64,000 nt of DNA, taken from the NCBI GenBank assembly GCA_965112635.1, contig OZ218778.1, positions 1,152,001 through 1,216,000 of the forward strand, written 5' to 3'. A program made the position numbers and the translations under genes. Of this stretch, positions 51,711-62,670 are shown one piece after another (within the stretch, counting starts at the first letter, position 1; the number at the start of each line of letters is the position of its first letter). The DNA is from an uncultured bacterium. Lineage in GTDB: Bacteria > Oederibacteriota > Oederibacteriia > Oederibacteriales > Oederibacteriaceae. Under the pieces are notes generated by a model. That model was not told the origin of the DNA. It saw only the letters and a list, made by a program, of their open reading frames with translations, and did not search any database.

Positions 51711-53783
51711 TCAGTCCTTGGCCAAGTTGAAAAATTCCGGCTTGCGCTGGGTGCGGCTGAACACGGTTTTGCCCGCCACCTTTAGATAGCTGGCGTCCAG
51801 GACATAGCCTTTCACAGGCTTGCCTTTAGCGGTGGTCCTGAGCCAGATAAAACTCGCGTCCGTGGAATATAACGGCTGGTCGTCCACAGCCTGCTCCAGC
51901 CGTCCAGACCAGCAATAGTGATCGATCTGGCCGTCCGGCAGGACTATATCCAGGTGGTAGAGGCCGCTGTATTTGCGGTCTTCGGGAGTGCCGGGGCTCA
52001 GCGAATAGTCCGGTTTTTTGTCCTTTAAAAAGGGCGCTATCAGGACGGCGGAAACATCGCCCCTGGCCAGGCTGGGATAGGAATAATCCACCTGCGGAGC
52101 GGGAACAGCGTCGATCTCGTTGCCTCCCACCCATCCACGGAGGGGCTTTTGGCTGCCCTCATAAACCTGCATGGTTGCACCGTCCGGCACCTTCAAAAGC
52201 TTGACCAGGAGGTTCACATCCTCGTTTTGGGACCACCAGGAAAAGCCGGCCGGGTCAGAGGACCATTTGGCCATGGGAGCCATCTGCCAGGGGTTGTGGA
52301 CGGTGTGCTCCGCGTCCGTTTCCATCTTGTCCAAAGCGACGATGTATTCGCCCTTGACCCAGAAAAGGATGCGGCTGTGGTCCCCTTTGACGCCCTGGCC
52401 CAGGCCTTTATCAAAATTCCAGCCAAAGGTGCCGGACCAGTAGCCGCCCTGGTACCGGGCGTGGATGAACGCGCAAGCGGAGTTAAAATCGGCGCGTTCC
52501 AGCCTGGCGTCCACCGGAGCCTGGTTCCAGCCGTCCACGTTGAGCGTGTTGTGGGCCGGAGTGGATTTCCCGTAGGGGGCCATCGGGTTGGACATTTCAT
52601 AGCTGATGATGCCCGGGTCAGCCAGGAGCATCCTGCCAGCGGAGCGGAAACAAAAAGAAAGCCTCCCTAGATGATTGTGGCCTCCGCCCCAGGTCCCGGC
52701 GTCAAAAGCAATATAGTCGGCTCCGGGTTTCCAGGCTGAACGCATAAAGATTTGGCCCGCCGCGGGAAAGACCTGGTCCAGAGGAGGATTTTGGAGAGCC
52801 TGGTCGGGGGGCAGGCATTTTTTAAGGATGGCGTTCCTGGTTTCCAGTTCATTCAATTTAGCGCCATCTCTGGGGACAAAGGGCGAATCGTTCAAGCTGG
52901 CCAGATAGCACTGGGCCACGTAGTCCAGGCTCTTGGCCACTATGTCAGGGTTGACCTTGGCGTCCGCTTCAGGGAACAGCTTGGGCAGGAGCAGGTATTT
53001 GGCGGCTACCTGGGCCATCCAGGCGGAATAGTCGGGAGTGCGTTCTATGTGGACACCGTCGGACAGGAATTGGTTGGACAGTTCCTGGCGCAGGCCCTCA
53101 ATGCCTATCCGCAGGACCGAGGGGGCGTCCTTCATAAAGGGATACCTTAAAGAGGTCATGACCAGGGCGTCCAGTCCGGCGATCCTCCAATTACCCACAG
53201 CGGCTATACGGGTGGACAGATATTTGACCTGGTGGTCCGCGGAGTCGGTGACTTTGTCGATGAACTTGTCGTCAAAGGACGGGCTTTTGAGGAAATAGGG
53301 CAGGGTCTCGCCCCAGGTTTTCATCCTTTCGGCCAGGTCCAGGCTGCGGTCGCCGGGCCGCCAATCGCCTTCATTTTCATAGCTGCCGCCGTGGTCGATC
53401 CAGTCCTCGATATAGGAACGGGCCGCCTGGGCGTATTTTTCATCCTTGGTCGCTTCATAAGCCGCGGCAAGAGCGTTGAGCTGGTAAAACCGGTTGAGCT
53501 GGGCCGGCCATTCCTGATGGGCTATGTTCTTGCCGCTCCAGTCGATATTGCTCAGGCCTATTTTCACGGGTTGGTCGTAGAAAAAAATGGTCCCGGAAGC
53601 CATCAGGTCGGCCTTGTCCAAAGTCTTTTTGTCGGCGGCCGGGATGCCTCCCTCGAACATGACCTGGCGGAGCTGGCGGTATTGCTCGAGGATGACCGCT
53701 TTTTTGTCCAGGGCGCGGGCATGCAGCTGCGTGGCCAGGCCTCCCAAGGCCGCGAATAATAAAATAATTCCAATGATCTTCAT
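51711..53783 (-). CDS. Heparinase II/III-family polysaccharide lyase, secreted
   Basis: Signal peptide, EWPAQLNRF, GNW, DGVHIERTPDY, GHNHLGRLSF, DPG, STPAHNTL. Confidence 0.85.
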   Translation of the reverse strand: MKIIGIILLFAALGGLATQLHARALDKKAVILEQYRQLRQVMFEGGIPAADKKTLDKADLMASGTIFFYDQPVKIGLSNIDWSGKNIAHQEWPAQLNRFYQLNALAAAYEATKDEKYAQAARSYIEDWIDHGGSYENEGDWRPGDRSLDLAERMKTWGETLPYFLKSPSFDDKFIDKVTDSADHQVKYLSTRIAAVGNWRIAGLDALVMTSLRYPFMKDAPSVLRIGIEGLRQELSNQFLSDGVHIERTPDYSAWMAQVAAKYLLLPKLFPEADAKVNPDIVAKSLDYVAQCYLASLNDSPFVPRDGAKLNELETRNAILKKCLPPDQALQNPPLDQVFPAAGQIFMRSAWKPGADYIAFDAGTWGGGHNHLGRLSFCFRSAGRMLLADPGIISYEMSNPMAPYGKSTPAHNTLNVDGWNQAPVDARLERADFNSACAFIHARYQGGYWSGTFGWNFDKGLGQGVKGDHSRILFWVKGEYIVALDKMETDAEHTVHNPWQMAPMAKWSSDPAGFSWWSQNEDVNLLVKLLKVPDGATMQVYEGSQKPLRGWVGGNEIDAVPAPQVDYSYPSLARGDVSAVLIAPFLKDKKPDYSLSPGTPEDRKYSGLYHLDIVLPDGQIDHYCWSGRLEQAVDDQPLYSTDASFIWLRTTAKGKPVKGYVLDASYLKVAGKTVFSRTQRKPEFFNLAKD

Positions 53784-53813
53784 AAAACCCTCCTTTTTCC
53801 GGTCTAAGCCAAC

Positions 53814-54368
53814 CTACTTTGCCTTGGCCATGACCCTGGCGAATTTTTGGTAGCGCTTAAAAAAGTCTCTGCCCAGTTCCTGGTCCACTTTGGCAAAGCG
53901 TTCCTCCAGGACGATCAGCTCAGGGGCCTTGAGGACTTTCATGGTCATGGGGAAAAGCAGGTAATCCTCTTTCCAGATGTGGTTTTGGTAGAGGGCGATG
54001 AGGGCTTGCAGGGTTTCGATGAGGGCCTTTTTAGTTCCTGCCGGGTCTTTGGCCAGGCTGTCCGCGCTTTCTTCAATTTTTTTGACCCACTCGCGGCCTT
54101 TGATGTGTTCGGCCAATAAGGCATGGATAGGGCAACCCTGCCCTGGCACGCCATGCTCCACCAGATAGGGGAACAAGATGGCTTCTTCCTTGCCGTGGTG
54201 GCATTTGTCCGCGTAGGTCCGCATGAAATCCACAATGCTCCGGAGGAGCTCCGGGTCAGGCAGGCTGCCTGCCTCGATCTTTTTCAAAAGCCCGGGGAAA
54301 GAATCCACCACTTTGTGGATGTAAACGTGCTCTTTTTCCAGTTTGGCCACCGACTTTCTGCTTTTCAT
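53814..54368 (-). CDS. Hemerythrin (HHE) domain protein
   Basis: EKEH, CHHGKEE, LAEH, HIWKED. Confidence 0.88.
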   Translation of the reverse strand: MKSRKSVAKLEKEHVYIHKVVDSFPGLLKKIEAGSLPDPELLRSIVDFMRTYADKCHHGKEEAILFPYLVEHGVPGQGCPIHALLAEHIKGREWVKKIEESADSLAKDPAGTKKALIETLQALIALYQNHIWKEDYLLFPMTMKVLKAPELIVLEERFAKVDQELGRDFFKRYQKFARVMAKAK

Positions 54369-54841
54369 ATATTGCTCACTACTTGGAAAAAATTTGACAA
54401 TTCTTTTTCTTCTTCGGGCGACAACAGGCTGTCCGCCATGTTATAGAGGAAGTTTTCCTCCTTATCTATATGGGGCCGCAGGAGCTGGGCATAGGATCTT
54501 AAATGGCCGGCCAGGGCGTTCACTTTCGGAGCCAGGCCTTGTTTGGCCTTGGGCAGGACGGAAAGCATGGACTTCACCAGGCTCCGGCCCGCGACATGTT
54601 CCCGGAGCAGTTCGGAGACCGGGCCTGACTGGCCTTTTTCCACGAGTTTGGGGAAAAGGTATTTTTCTTCCTTGAGGTGGTGCGACTTTTCCAGGAAGTT
54701 GTCGAAGTAATCCATGATCAGGCCGATGCTCTTTTCATTGACCTTTTGGCGGGATTCCATTTCCTTGATCTCCCGGTCCACACCCTCCAGGAAGTTCAGG
54801 ATGAGCTTGTGTTCAACCCGCAGAGTCTGCGTGGAATGCAC
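54365..54841 (-). CDS. Hemerythrin (HHE) domain protein
   Basis: RVEH, SHHLKEE, LREH, HIDKEE; overlaps the downstream paralog by 4 nt. Confidence 0.85.
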   Translation of the reverse strand: MHSTQTLRVEHKLILNFLEGVDREIKEMESRQKVNEKSIGLIMDYFDNFLEKSHHLKEEKYLFPKLVEKGQSGPVSELLREHVAGRSLVKSMLSVLPKAKQGLAPKVNALAGHLRSYAQLLRPHIDKEENFLYNMADSLLSPEEEKELSNFFQVVSNI

Positions 54842-54938
54842 GCTAATATCCCCCTTGGCCGGGCGATTTTAACTTTTCACCCGAACCCTTCTTTTTGCTA
54901 ATATCAAAGCAAACCATTATGTCACAAAAGAGAAGGCC

Positions 54939-56390
54939 GTGGATATACAGAAAAAGCTGAAGGATCTGCCGGAAAAACCGGGCGTTTACCTGATGAAAGA
55001 CGGGCAGGGCCTGGTCATTTACGTGGGCAAGGCCGTGTCGCTCAAGCGCCGGGTGCGTTCGTATTTCCAAAAGGATTTCAGCGACTCTCCCAAGACCGCG
55101 GCCATGGTCTCCAAGGTCAGGGACCTCGAATGGCGCCTGGCCGACTCGGAACAAGGCGCCATCCTGATGGAGAGCAACCTCATCAAGAAGCTCCGTCCGC
55201 GTTACAATATCGAGCTAAAGGATGACAAGAGCTATCCCTACCTGATGTTCACGGACGAGGACTATCCGAGGCTCTGCGGGGTCCGCAGGCCTTACCACGG
55301 CCGGGGGGAATATTTCGGGCCTTTTACCGCCACGGTCATGAAGGCCACCCTGCGTTTCATCCACGAGCTTTTCCCTCTGCGTTACTGCGAGGGGTCGCTG
55401 AAGACCAAGAAGCCCTGCCTCTATTACGAAATGAAAAGCTGTCTGGCTCCCTGCCTTCCCGGCAAGGTTCCCGTGGAGGAGTACGCGAAGATAGTCCGAG
55501 AGGTCAAACTATTTCTCCTGGGCAAAAAGACCGCCTTGCTGGCGGGCCTGGAAAAGGGGATGTGGGAGGAGTCGGACCGGGGGCATTACGAGACCGCGGC
55601 CAAACTCAGGGACAAGCTGGCCAAGGCGCGGGAATTCATCGCCCAACAGCAGGCGGCCAGCCGGCTTATCCGCAAGGAAGGCGACATGGTGGACCGGCCC
55701 GCGGCCACCAAGGGGCTGGAGGAACTGCAGCGGTCCTGCTCCCTGGCCAAACTGCCCCGGCACATCGAGGCCTTCGACATTTCCCATCTCAGCGGCAGCC
55801 AGACCGTGGCCTCCCTGGTCGTTTTCAAGGACGGATTTCCCAGCAAAAAGGACTACCGCAAATTCAAGATCAAGACCGTGCCAGGCATCGATGATTTTGC
55901 CAGCATGGCCGAAGTGGTGGGCAGGCGTTACCGCCGGGTGCTCGCCGAAAAAGGGGAGCTTCCTGACCTGGTGCTGGTGGACGGCGGCAGGGGACAGCTG
56001 GACGCGGCTCTCAGGTCGCTGCGCCGGACCGGCTTGGACAGCCTGCCGGTCATCAGCCTGGCCAAAAGGGAAGAGCATATTTTCACGACCGCCGATCCCG
56101 GCCCGGTCATCCTGCAGAAGAACTCGGCCGGACTGCACCTGGTGCAGTGGATACGGGACGAGGCGCACCGTTTCGCGGTCAAGTACCACAAGGTTTTGCG
56201 GGGCAGGGAGGTCAGCGCGTCCGCTCTGGACAGGCTCAGCGGCATCGGCCCCAAGCGCAAGCAGGAGCTATTAAGACGCTTTGGCAGCGTGGATAAGCTG
56301 GAGCGGGCCAGCCTGGAGGAGATCCAGGCGATGCGCGGGTTTTCAGAGAAAATGGCCAGAAAAGTGAAAGGATTCCTGGGAGGAAAATGA
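54939..56390 (+). CDS. uvrC: Excinuclease ABC subunit C
   Basis: PGVY...IYVGKA, RPRYN, IEAFDISH, DGGRGQ, RDEAHRFA, HhH motif GIGPKR. Confidence 0.95.
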   Translation: MDIQKKLKDLPEKPGVYLMKDGQGLVIYVGKAVSLKRRVRSYFQKDFSDSPKTAAMVSKVRDLEWRLADSEQGAILMESNLIKKLRPRYNIELKDDKSYPYLMFTDEDYPRLCGVRRPYHGRGEYFGPFTATVMKATLRFIHELFPLRYCEGSLKTKKPCLYYEMKSCLAPCLPGKVPVEEYAKIVREVKLFLLGKKTALLAGLEKGMWEESDRGHYETAAKLRDKLAKAREFIAQQQAASRLIRKEGDMVDRPAATKGLEELQRSCSLAKLPRHIEAFDISHLSGSQTVASLVVFKDGFPSKKDYRKFKIKTVPGIDDFASMAEVVGRRYRRVLAEKGELPDLVLVDGGRGQLDAALRSLRRTGLDSLPVISLAKREEHIFTTADPGPVILQKNSAGLHLVQWIRDEAHRFAVKYHKVLRGREVSASALDRLSGIGPKRKQELLRRFGSVDKLERASLEEIQAMRGFSEKMARKVKGFLGGK

Positions 56391-58984
56391 AAAAAGCGCT
56401 GGTCAGCCTGATCGGATTAGGGTGGGTTTGTTTTGTTTCTTTCTATTACTTGAGCTACAACCCCATCCATCCCAGCTTGATCTGGCAGGCCTGGGGCCAG
56501 CCTCTGTGGCTGAGCCGGGCGAATTATCTGGGCCTTTGCCCTCAATTTTTGAAAATGGTCTGGACCCTCTGCCTGGTGCTGGGCTGCGTGGCGCTGGCTT
56601 ACAGCTTGGGCAGGAAAACAATCAACGGATTGCTGGGTTATGCCCCGAGTTCCAGCCGGGAAGAGCTGGTCATTTTTACAGGCGCGGGATTCGGCGTCCT
56701 GTCCTTCCTGATGCTGGGGCTGGGATTGTGCGGCCTGTATTTTACCTGGCTCTTTTATCTTGTGCCATTGGCTGGCCTGGCCGTGCTGGTCATGGGTTGG
56801 CACAAGGGAGAGGCGCAGGAGCTGGTTGGGGGTTTCAGCTTTTCCCTGGGACAGGAAAAAACCTGGAGCCGCTGGCTGATGGTTTTGGTCTGCCTGACTT
56901 TAGCCATTTCCTTCCTGTGCGTGTTCGTGCCGGACACTGAATTCGACGCCCTCAATTACCACCTGGCCGGGCCGCAGGACTACCTGATGCACCACAAGAT
57001 ATACAACAAGGCCTACCTCTTTTATATGTTCAATCCCTTTTTTTCGGAGATGCTCAATACCCTGGGCCAGGGGCTCTACGGCCAGACCTGCGCCAAAGGA
57101 TTTAATTTTGTTTTTTACCTCCTGCTTTTCCTCCTCCTGGCCGAGATGGGAGAAAATGTCCTGGGCCGGTCCTGGGCCTTTTTGCCGGGCCTGTTCTTTA
57201 CCATCCCGCTGTGCGCCGACATCTCCAGCCGCGCTTTCACGGACATGAACCTGGTGTTCTGGGAGACCCTGCTTTTGTGGAAACTCTACGGGTTTTTCTG
57301 GGCTGAGGACGGGCAAGAAGAGGCTGAACCTGTCCAGGCAGGGCTGCTGCTGGCCCTGTTCGCCGGTTTTGCCATGTCGGCCAAATATACAGGCGCAGTT
57401 TCCTTTGTCCTGGCCGCGGCAGGCCTGGCCCTAGCCGGTCTGGCCAGCCCGGTAAGGAAAAAGATGCTGGCCGGCCTGCTGGTATTTTTGGCCGTCAGCC
57501 TGGCCATTGTCTCTCCGTGGCTCATAAAAAATTATGTGTGGAGCGGCAACCCGGTATTTATCTTCCTTTACGACAAGCTCGGAGGAATGCCCTGGTCGGC
57601 AACCGCGGAAAATATCCTCAAACACAGCGAATACGCCGACCCGCGGGCCAGCTATAATACCTGGACCGACTACCTGACCGCTCCCTGGCAATTCATCATC
57701 CACCAGAGAGGCACCACGGACAGGTCCAGCCAGGCTTTGGCTTTCCTGGCTTTCCTGCCCTTGTTGTTCTTTGTCCGAAGCAAAAAGCGGATATTTTATT
57801 TTTCCCTGGTGGCAGGCGCGGTCTTCCTCTCGGCCTGGTTCGTGACCTACCAAAACGCCAGGATCCTGCTGCCCGCTTTTCCGTGGCTGTGCCTGGCCTG
57901 CGCTTACCTAATTCACAGGCTCCAGGAGCCGGGCGGAGCGGTCCAAAAAATATGGGGAGCGGTCTTGGTACTGCTCATCTGTGTTTCCGTTGTCTTGAGC
58001 TGGCAGGAAACGGGCCAGGCCCTGGTCAGCCCCGGGGCTGTTTGGGCCGGAGCGGAGCCTATGTCAGCCTATTTGAGCCGGGCCCTGCCTTTCCATTATT
58101 ACGACGCCATGGCCAATGCCAACGAAATGGTGCCGCCCGACAAAAAAATCCTGGTCCTGGGAGATGACCGCAGTTTTTATCTGGACCGCCTGCATTGCAA
58201 CAGTTCCATCTATTACCCGTTCTTCAGCGACTTACTTGGTAGTTGCGCGGACAAAAAAGAACTCGGCGCGAGGCTGAAGCAGTACGGGGCGGCTTACCTT
58301 CTCTATAACCGGCGGAGCATGGAGCAGCTGCAAAGGCAGCTGGGGTCCTCTGAAATGCTGGACGAGCGGTCCATCAAGCTTTGGGCGGATTTTTGGAGGG
58401 AGAGCGTCCGGGTCGTCTGGTCTCTGGACGGCGAATGGTGCCTGGCCGAGATATTGGAAGAGCCCGGCGAGCCGGCAAAGGGTTTAGTATTCCTGCCCGG
58501 GGCCGAAGAAAAACTCTGCCAAGAGGCCATGGACCTGGAACAAGAGGGCCACAGGGGCAAGGCGAGTCTGCTTTACGAAAAGGCGTTGCAGACCGTGCCC
58601 GACCTGGTGCTTCCCCAGGAAAGGCTTGTTTTTTACTACCTGCAGGAGGGGGAGCTGGCCAAGGCCCGGGAGCACGCCGGCCTGGCCGTCAAATACGGTT
58701 CAACGCAGTGGCAGATCTGGCATGACCAGGCCTTGTTCCTGCTCAAAGACAAAAAGTTCAGCGAGGCCCTGGCCGCGGCCAAGAGGGTCACGGAACTTGC
58801 CCCCCAAGGGGCCGACGGGTATTATGATCTGGGTCTGGTTTTTCAGCGCCTGGGCCGGTTTCCTGAGGCCAGGGAAGCGTTCTTCCGGGCCATCCAGTGG
58901 GACCCCAACAGGCCGGAGTTCAAGGAAAGGTTCAAAGAGGTTTCAGTCCCAAAGGCTAAACAAGCGGGGAGCGGAGCAAAGTGA
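56387..58984 (+). CDS. Multi-pass GT-C-type (PMT/ArnT-like) glycosyltransferase with C-terminal TPRs
   Basis: Many transmembrane helices, DALNYHL loop, PWLIKN..WSGNP, C-terminal TPR motifs. Confidence 0.7.
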   Translation: MKKALVSLIGLGWVCFVSFYYLSYNPIHPSLIWQAWGQPLWLSRANYLGLCPQFLKMVWTLCLVLGCVALAYSLGRKTINGLLGYAPSSSREELVIFTGAGFGVLSFLMLGLGLCGLYFTWLFYLVPLAGLAVLVMGWHKGEAQELVGGFSFSLGQEKTWSRWLMVLVCLTLAISFLCVFVPDTEFDALNYHLAGPQDYLMHHKIYNKAYLFYMFNPFFSEMLNTLGQGLYGQTCAKGFNFVFYLLLFLLLAEMGENVLGRSWAFLPGLFFTIPLCADISSRAFTDMNLVFWETLLLWKLYGFFWAEDGQEEAEPVQAGLLLALFAGFAMSAKYTGAVSFVLAAAGLALAGLASPVRKKMLAGLLVFLAVSLAIVSPWLIKNYVWSGNPVFIFLYDKLGGMPWSATAENILKHSEYADPRASYNTWTDYLTAPWQFIIHQRGTTDRSSQALAFLAFLPLLFFVRSKKRIFYFSLVAGAVFLSAWFVTYQNARILLPAFPWLCLACAYLIHRLQEPGGAVQKIWGAVLVLLICVSVVLSWQETGQALVSPGAVWAGAEPMSAYLSRALPFHYYDAMANANEMVPPDKKILVLGDDRSFYLDRLHCNSSIYYPFFSDLLGSCADKKELGARLKQYGAAYLLYNRRSMEQLQRQLGSSEMLDERSIKLWADFWRESVRVVWSLDGEWCLAEILEEPGEPAKGLVFLPGAEEKLCQEAMDLEQEGHRGKASLLYEKALQTVPDLVLPQERLVFYYLQEGELAKAREHAGLAVKYGSTQWQIWHDQALFLLKDKKFSEALAAAKRVTELAPQGADGYYDLGLVFQRLGRFPEAREAFFRAIQWDPNRPEFKERFKEVSVPKAKQAGSGAK

Positions 58985-61606
58985 AAGAAAGGTTCCTGAA
59001 AGGTTGGGTTTGGGCTGTCGCGGCGGTATCCGTGGGCTGGCTGGCCTTCGCCGGTTTCTTCTATTACAAACATAACCCCTTGTCCAAGGATATGCTGATC
59101 TACCCCTGGACCAGGCCCTTCATGGGTTTTTTCGTGGGGCCGGAACAGCTGGTGGCCCAAGCCGGGAGAATAGCCTGGGCCAGTCTCATTCTCATCCTTC
59201 TGACCATCCTGGCCTACAGTGTGGGCAGGGTCCTGCTGGTCAAACTGCTTCGTATGGATTTTGTCACCTGGAAAAGCCGGCTGGTCTTTGGCGTGGCCAT
59301 TGGTTATGGCACGCTGGCTTACCTGATCCTGGGGCTGGGGCTGTGCGGGCTCCTCTATCCCGCGGTGATGGCTGTGCTGGCCGGCGCCGGATTGGTCAGC
59401 CTGGTTTGGCTGAAGGCGTGGAAGAACATCCCGGACCTCTGGAAATGCGCCAGGCAGGATGTTGGACAGCTCTGGAAAACCTCCCGCTGGCTTTGCCTGG
59501 CCCTGACCATGGTTTTCCTGCTCAATTTCCTGGCCGTCTTTATCCCGGACTCCGAATACGACGCCCTGGTCTACCATCTTTCCGCCCCGCAGGTCTATCT
59601 GATGAACCACAAGATCGTCAATATGCCGCTCCAATTCTCCACCTTCACGCCCATGCTCTCGGAAATGCTTTACTGCCTCGGCCTGGGTGTGTCGCAGCAG
59701 GCGGTCACGCAGGGCATGGACTTCATTTTTTACTTTTTGCTCTTCCTGCTTTTCCTGGAGATCGGGGAAAGGGTCTCCCTAAGACTTGCGCTTTTGGCCT
59801 GCGTCCTGTTCTTCACCAACCCCTTTACGGCCATGGTGGCCAGCCGGGTCTATATTGACGTGAACCTGGCTTTTTGGACCACGCTGTGCCTGTGGGTCTT
59901 TTTCAAGGGATGGGTGGACAAGTCGGTCCATCTGGACAGCCGGGGAAGGGTCCAGGCCGTTGTCCTGTTGTCGTTGTGCCTGGCCTTCGCTATGGGGACC
60001 AAACTGACCGGCGTGTTCACAGGCCTGGGTCTGGGTCTGGCCATGCTCTACCTGGGAGTCCGTCGCCGGGAAGGCGCCAAAGCCATGGTCCGCGACCTTG
60101 TCCTGTTCAGCGTGCTGGCCGGCCTCATTTTTTCGCCCTGGCTCATCCGCAACTACGCCTGGACCGGCAATCCGGTCTTCCATTTCCTTTACGCGAAGCT
60201 GGGAGGCGTGCCCTGGACCGAATTCAGCGAAAAGCTGGTGCAAAGGGAATACAGCCAATACAACCAGGGATACCAAAACCTGGCGGATTACCTTGTGGCA
60301 CCCTGGCAGTTCCTGGTGCTCAAAAAAGGGACCTCGGACAACTCCGGCCAGGGGCTGGGACTGCTCATTTTCCTGGGGCTGGGCCTGTTTTTCCTGGCCA
60401 GGCAGAACCGGTTCTATTACTTCAACCTGGGGGCAGGGCTTTTTCTGGGGATCGTCTGGTTCGTGACCTGCCAGCACGTGCGGTTCCTGCTGCCGGCTTT
60501 CCCGGCCCTGTGTTTTGTAGGGGCCGTGTCCTTCCAATCCGTGGAAAGCCTGGATTTCAGCTGGCAGCCCTGGTGGAAAAAGGCCTGGGGCGCGGTTTTC
60601 AGCATCATCGCCCTTTTGAGCGCGGTCCAGTGCTGGCAGCAGGTGGGTTACGGGTTGGGCGGGCCGGGCGGAGTTTGCGCTGGAGTGGAAACCAGGGAAA
60701 GCTATCTCAAGAGAGTTTTGAGGAATCATTTTTACGAAGCCTATGAGCGTGCCAGCCAATACACGGAAGAGGGGAAACGGATCCTGATCCTGGGCGATGA
60801 CCGGGGATTCTATCTGGATAAACCCTATGTCCTCATCTCCCTTTATTACCCTTACCTCAAACTGATGCTGGATGAGAGCAAGGACCAGGACGACATTTAC
60901 AAAAAATTAAAAGAGCTGCACGCGGACTATATCCTCTATGACCGGAGACTTTGTTTACCAGATCCAGGACCAGTACCATACCTATGACCTGGACCCAAGG
61001 GCGATCAAGCTCTGGGAGGGATTTTGGAGGCAGAGGGTCAAGGTCCTGTGGAGCATCGGCCACGACTGGAGCATGGGCCAGGTGCTGGAGGAAAAGCAGC
61101 CGGCGGCCGTTGGAATGGCCGTCCTGCCGGGGGCCGAGGAAAAACTGTGCGCGCCCTGCGTCAAACTGGAGGACCAGCAAAAGTTTGAAGAAGCCAGAGC
61201 CTGTTACGAAGCGGCGGCCAAGCAGATCCCGGACCTGGTCTTCCCCCATGAACGGCTGGCGCAGTACTATCTGCAACGGAAAGATTACAAAAAAGCGCGG
61301 GCCGAGATCAATGTGGCGATCAAGTACGGCTCCAACACGCCGGAGGTGCACCACTACCTGGCGTATTTTGACCTGATGGACCGTAAGTTCGACGAGGCCA
61401 TCAAGGAGTGCGAGAAAACTTTGGAGGGAAAGCCGGATATGGCCGAAGCTTATTACCTGATGGGCCTGGCGCAGGAGCAGATGGGCCAGATGAACAGCGC
61501 TTACATGTCCTTGCGCCGCGCCGCGGCCATGGACCCGGCCAGGACGGAGTTCGGCCAGGCCGTGAACGAGCTGGAAGGCGTGATGAAAAGAACCGGAGGC
61601 CAGTAG
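58981..61606 (+). pseudogene. Paralogous GT-C/TPR gene split by one extra base near 60943-60946 (ORFs 58981..60987 and 60938..61606)
   Basis: Removing one base gives YDRDFVYQIQDQ, which aligns with the paralog's YNRRSMEQLQRQ; the second frame continues the homology (IKLW..FW, LPGAEEKLC, DLV.P.ERL). Confidence 0.75.
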
Positions 61607-61641
61607 TTGGGCAGGGGACCGGCCGGGAGAAGAGCGGGAAG

Positions 61642-62661
61642 ATGAGCAACTCGAGAAAACGAATGCTGGATTGCCTGGGATTCCAAGGGCCGGATAAGAT
61701 CCCGGTGGTGTACCATCCATCCACAGCCGGGCTTTACGTGCACGGGCAAAAGCTTTTGGACCTTTTCCGGCAATTCCCTCCGGACAATAATGTGGAGTTC
61801 GGGCCTTTGCCGGTCCCCAAGCCGGGGACCATAGACCAAGACGGACGCTATCATGAGATCAGTAAGAACGAATGGGGCACCACTTGGGAATACCTGATTT
61901 TCGGCATAGCCGGTCACCCCAAAACCTATCCTATAAATTCCTGGGAGCAGGCGCCGGCTTACCAGTTCCCGCCCGTTCCCGTGCTGGCCGCGGAGGCCAG
62001 GCAGCGGATCCGGGATAAGGCCAAGGACCATCTGGTCATAGACGGGTGGATCACCCTGTTCGAGAAAATGCAGGAGCTTTGTCCCATCGACGAGGTTTTG
62101 GCAGGGCTGGGCACCGAAGAGCCGGGTTTGATGGGCCTGCTGGACCGGCTGGTGGAGTACCGGGAAAAAGAGATCAGGGAGTGGATGGACGCCGGGGTGG
62201 ACGGCATCATGTTCGCCGATGACTGGGGGACGCAGACCTCGACGCTGGTTTCGCCCAAACTGTTCACCAAAGTGTTCAAGTCCCGTTACCAAAGGCTCAT
62301 GGCCCCTTTAAAAGCGGCCGGTAAAAAGATCTATTTCCACTCCTGCGGTTTTCTGGGAAAAATATTTGACGAGGTTTTAGATTTAGGCGTGGACTGCCTC
62401 TGGCCGCAGATCGTGATCTTTGAAAGCGACCCGCGGTTCAGCCAGGCCTGCCTGGAACACCGGGTGTCCATCTATATCCATCCGGACAGGCAAAGGCTCA
62501 TTCCCCTGGGCACACCCCGCGAGATCGAGGATACGGTAAAAAGATACGCGGACAAATACCGCAGCCAGGCTGGAGGCGGGATATTCTACGTGGAAATGGA
62601 GAACGACGCGTCTTTTGAAAATGTGGAGGCGCTCATCCGGTCCATCCATAAATACCGGTAA
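61642..62661 (+). CDS. Uroporphyrinogen decarboxylase / MtaA-CmuA superfamily protein
   Basis: PDKIP N-terminus, DDWGTQ, FHSCG, GTPREI, GGI...ENVEA. Confidence 0.75.
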   Translation: MSNSRKRMLDCLGFQGPDKIPVVYHPSTAGLYVHGQKLLDLFRQFPPDNNVEFGPLPVPKPGTIDQDGRYHEISKNEWGTTWEYLIFGIAGHPKTYPINSWEQAPAYQFPPVPVLAAEARQRIRDKAKDHLVIDGWITLFEKMQELCPIDEVLAGLGTEEPGLMGLLDRLVEYREKEIREWMDAGVDGIMFADDWGTQTSTLVSPKLFTKVFKSRYQRLMAPLKAAGKKIYFHSCGFLGKIFDEVLDLGVDCLWPQIVIFESDPRFSQACLEHRVSIYIHPDRQRLIPLGTPREIEDTVKRYADKYRSQAGGGIFYVEMENDASFENVEALIRSIHKYR

Positions 62662-62670
62662 GGAGAACAG

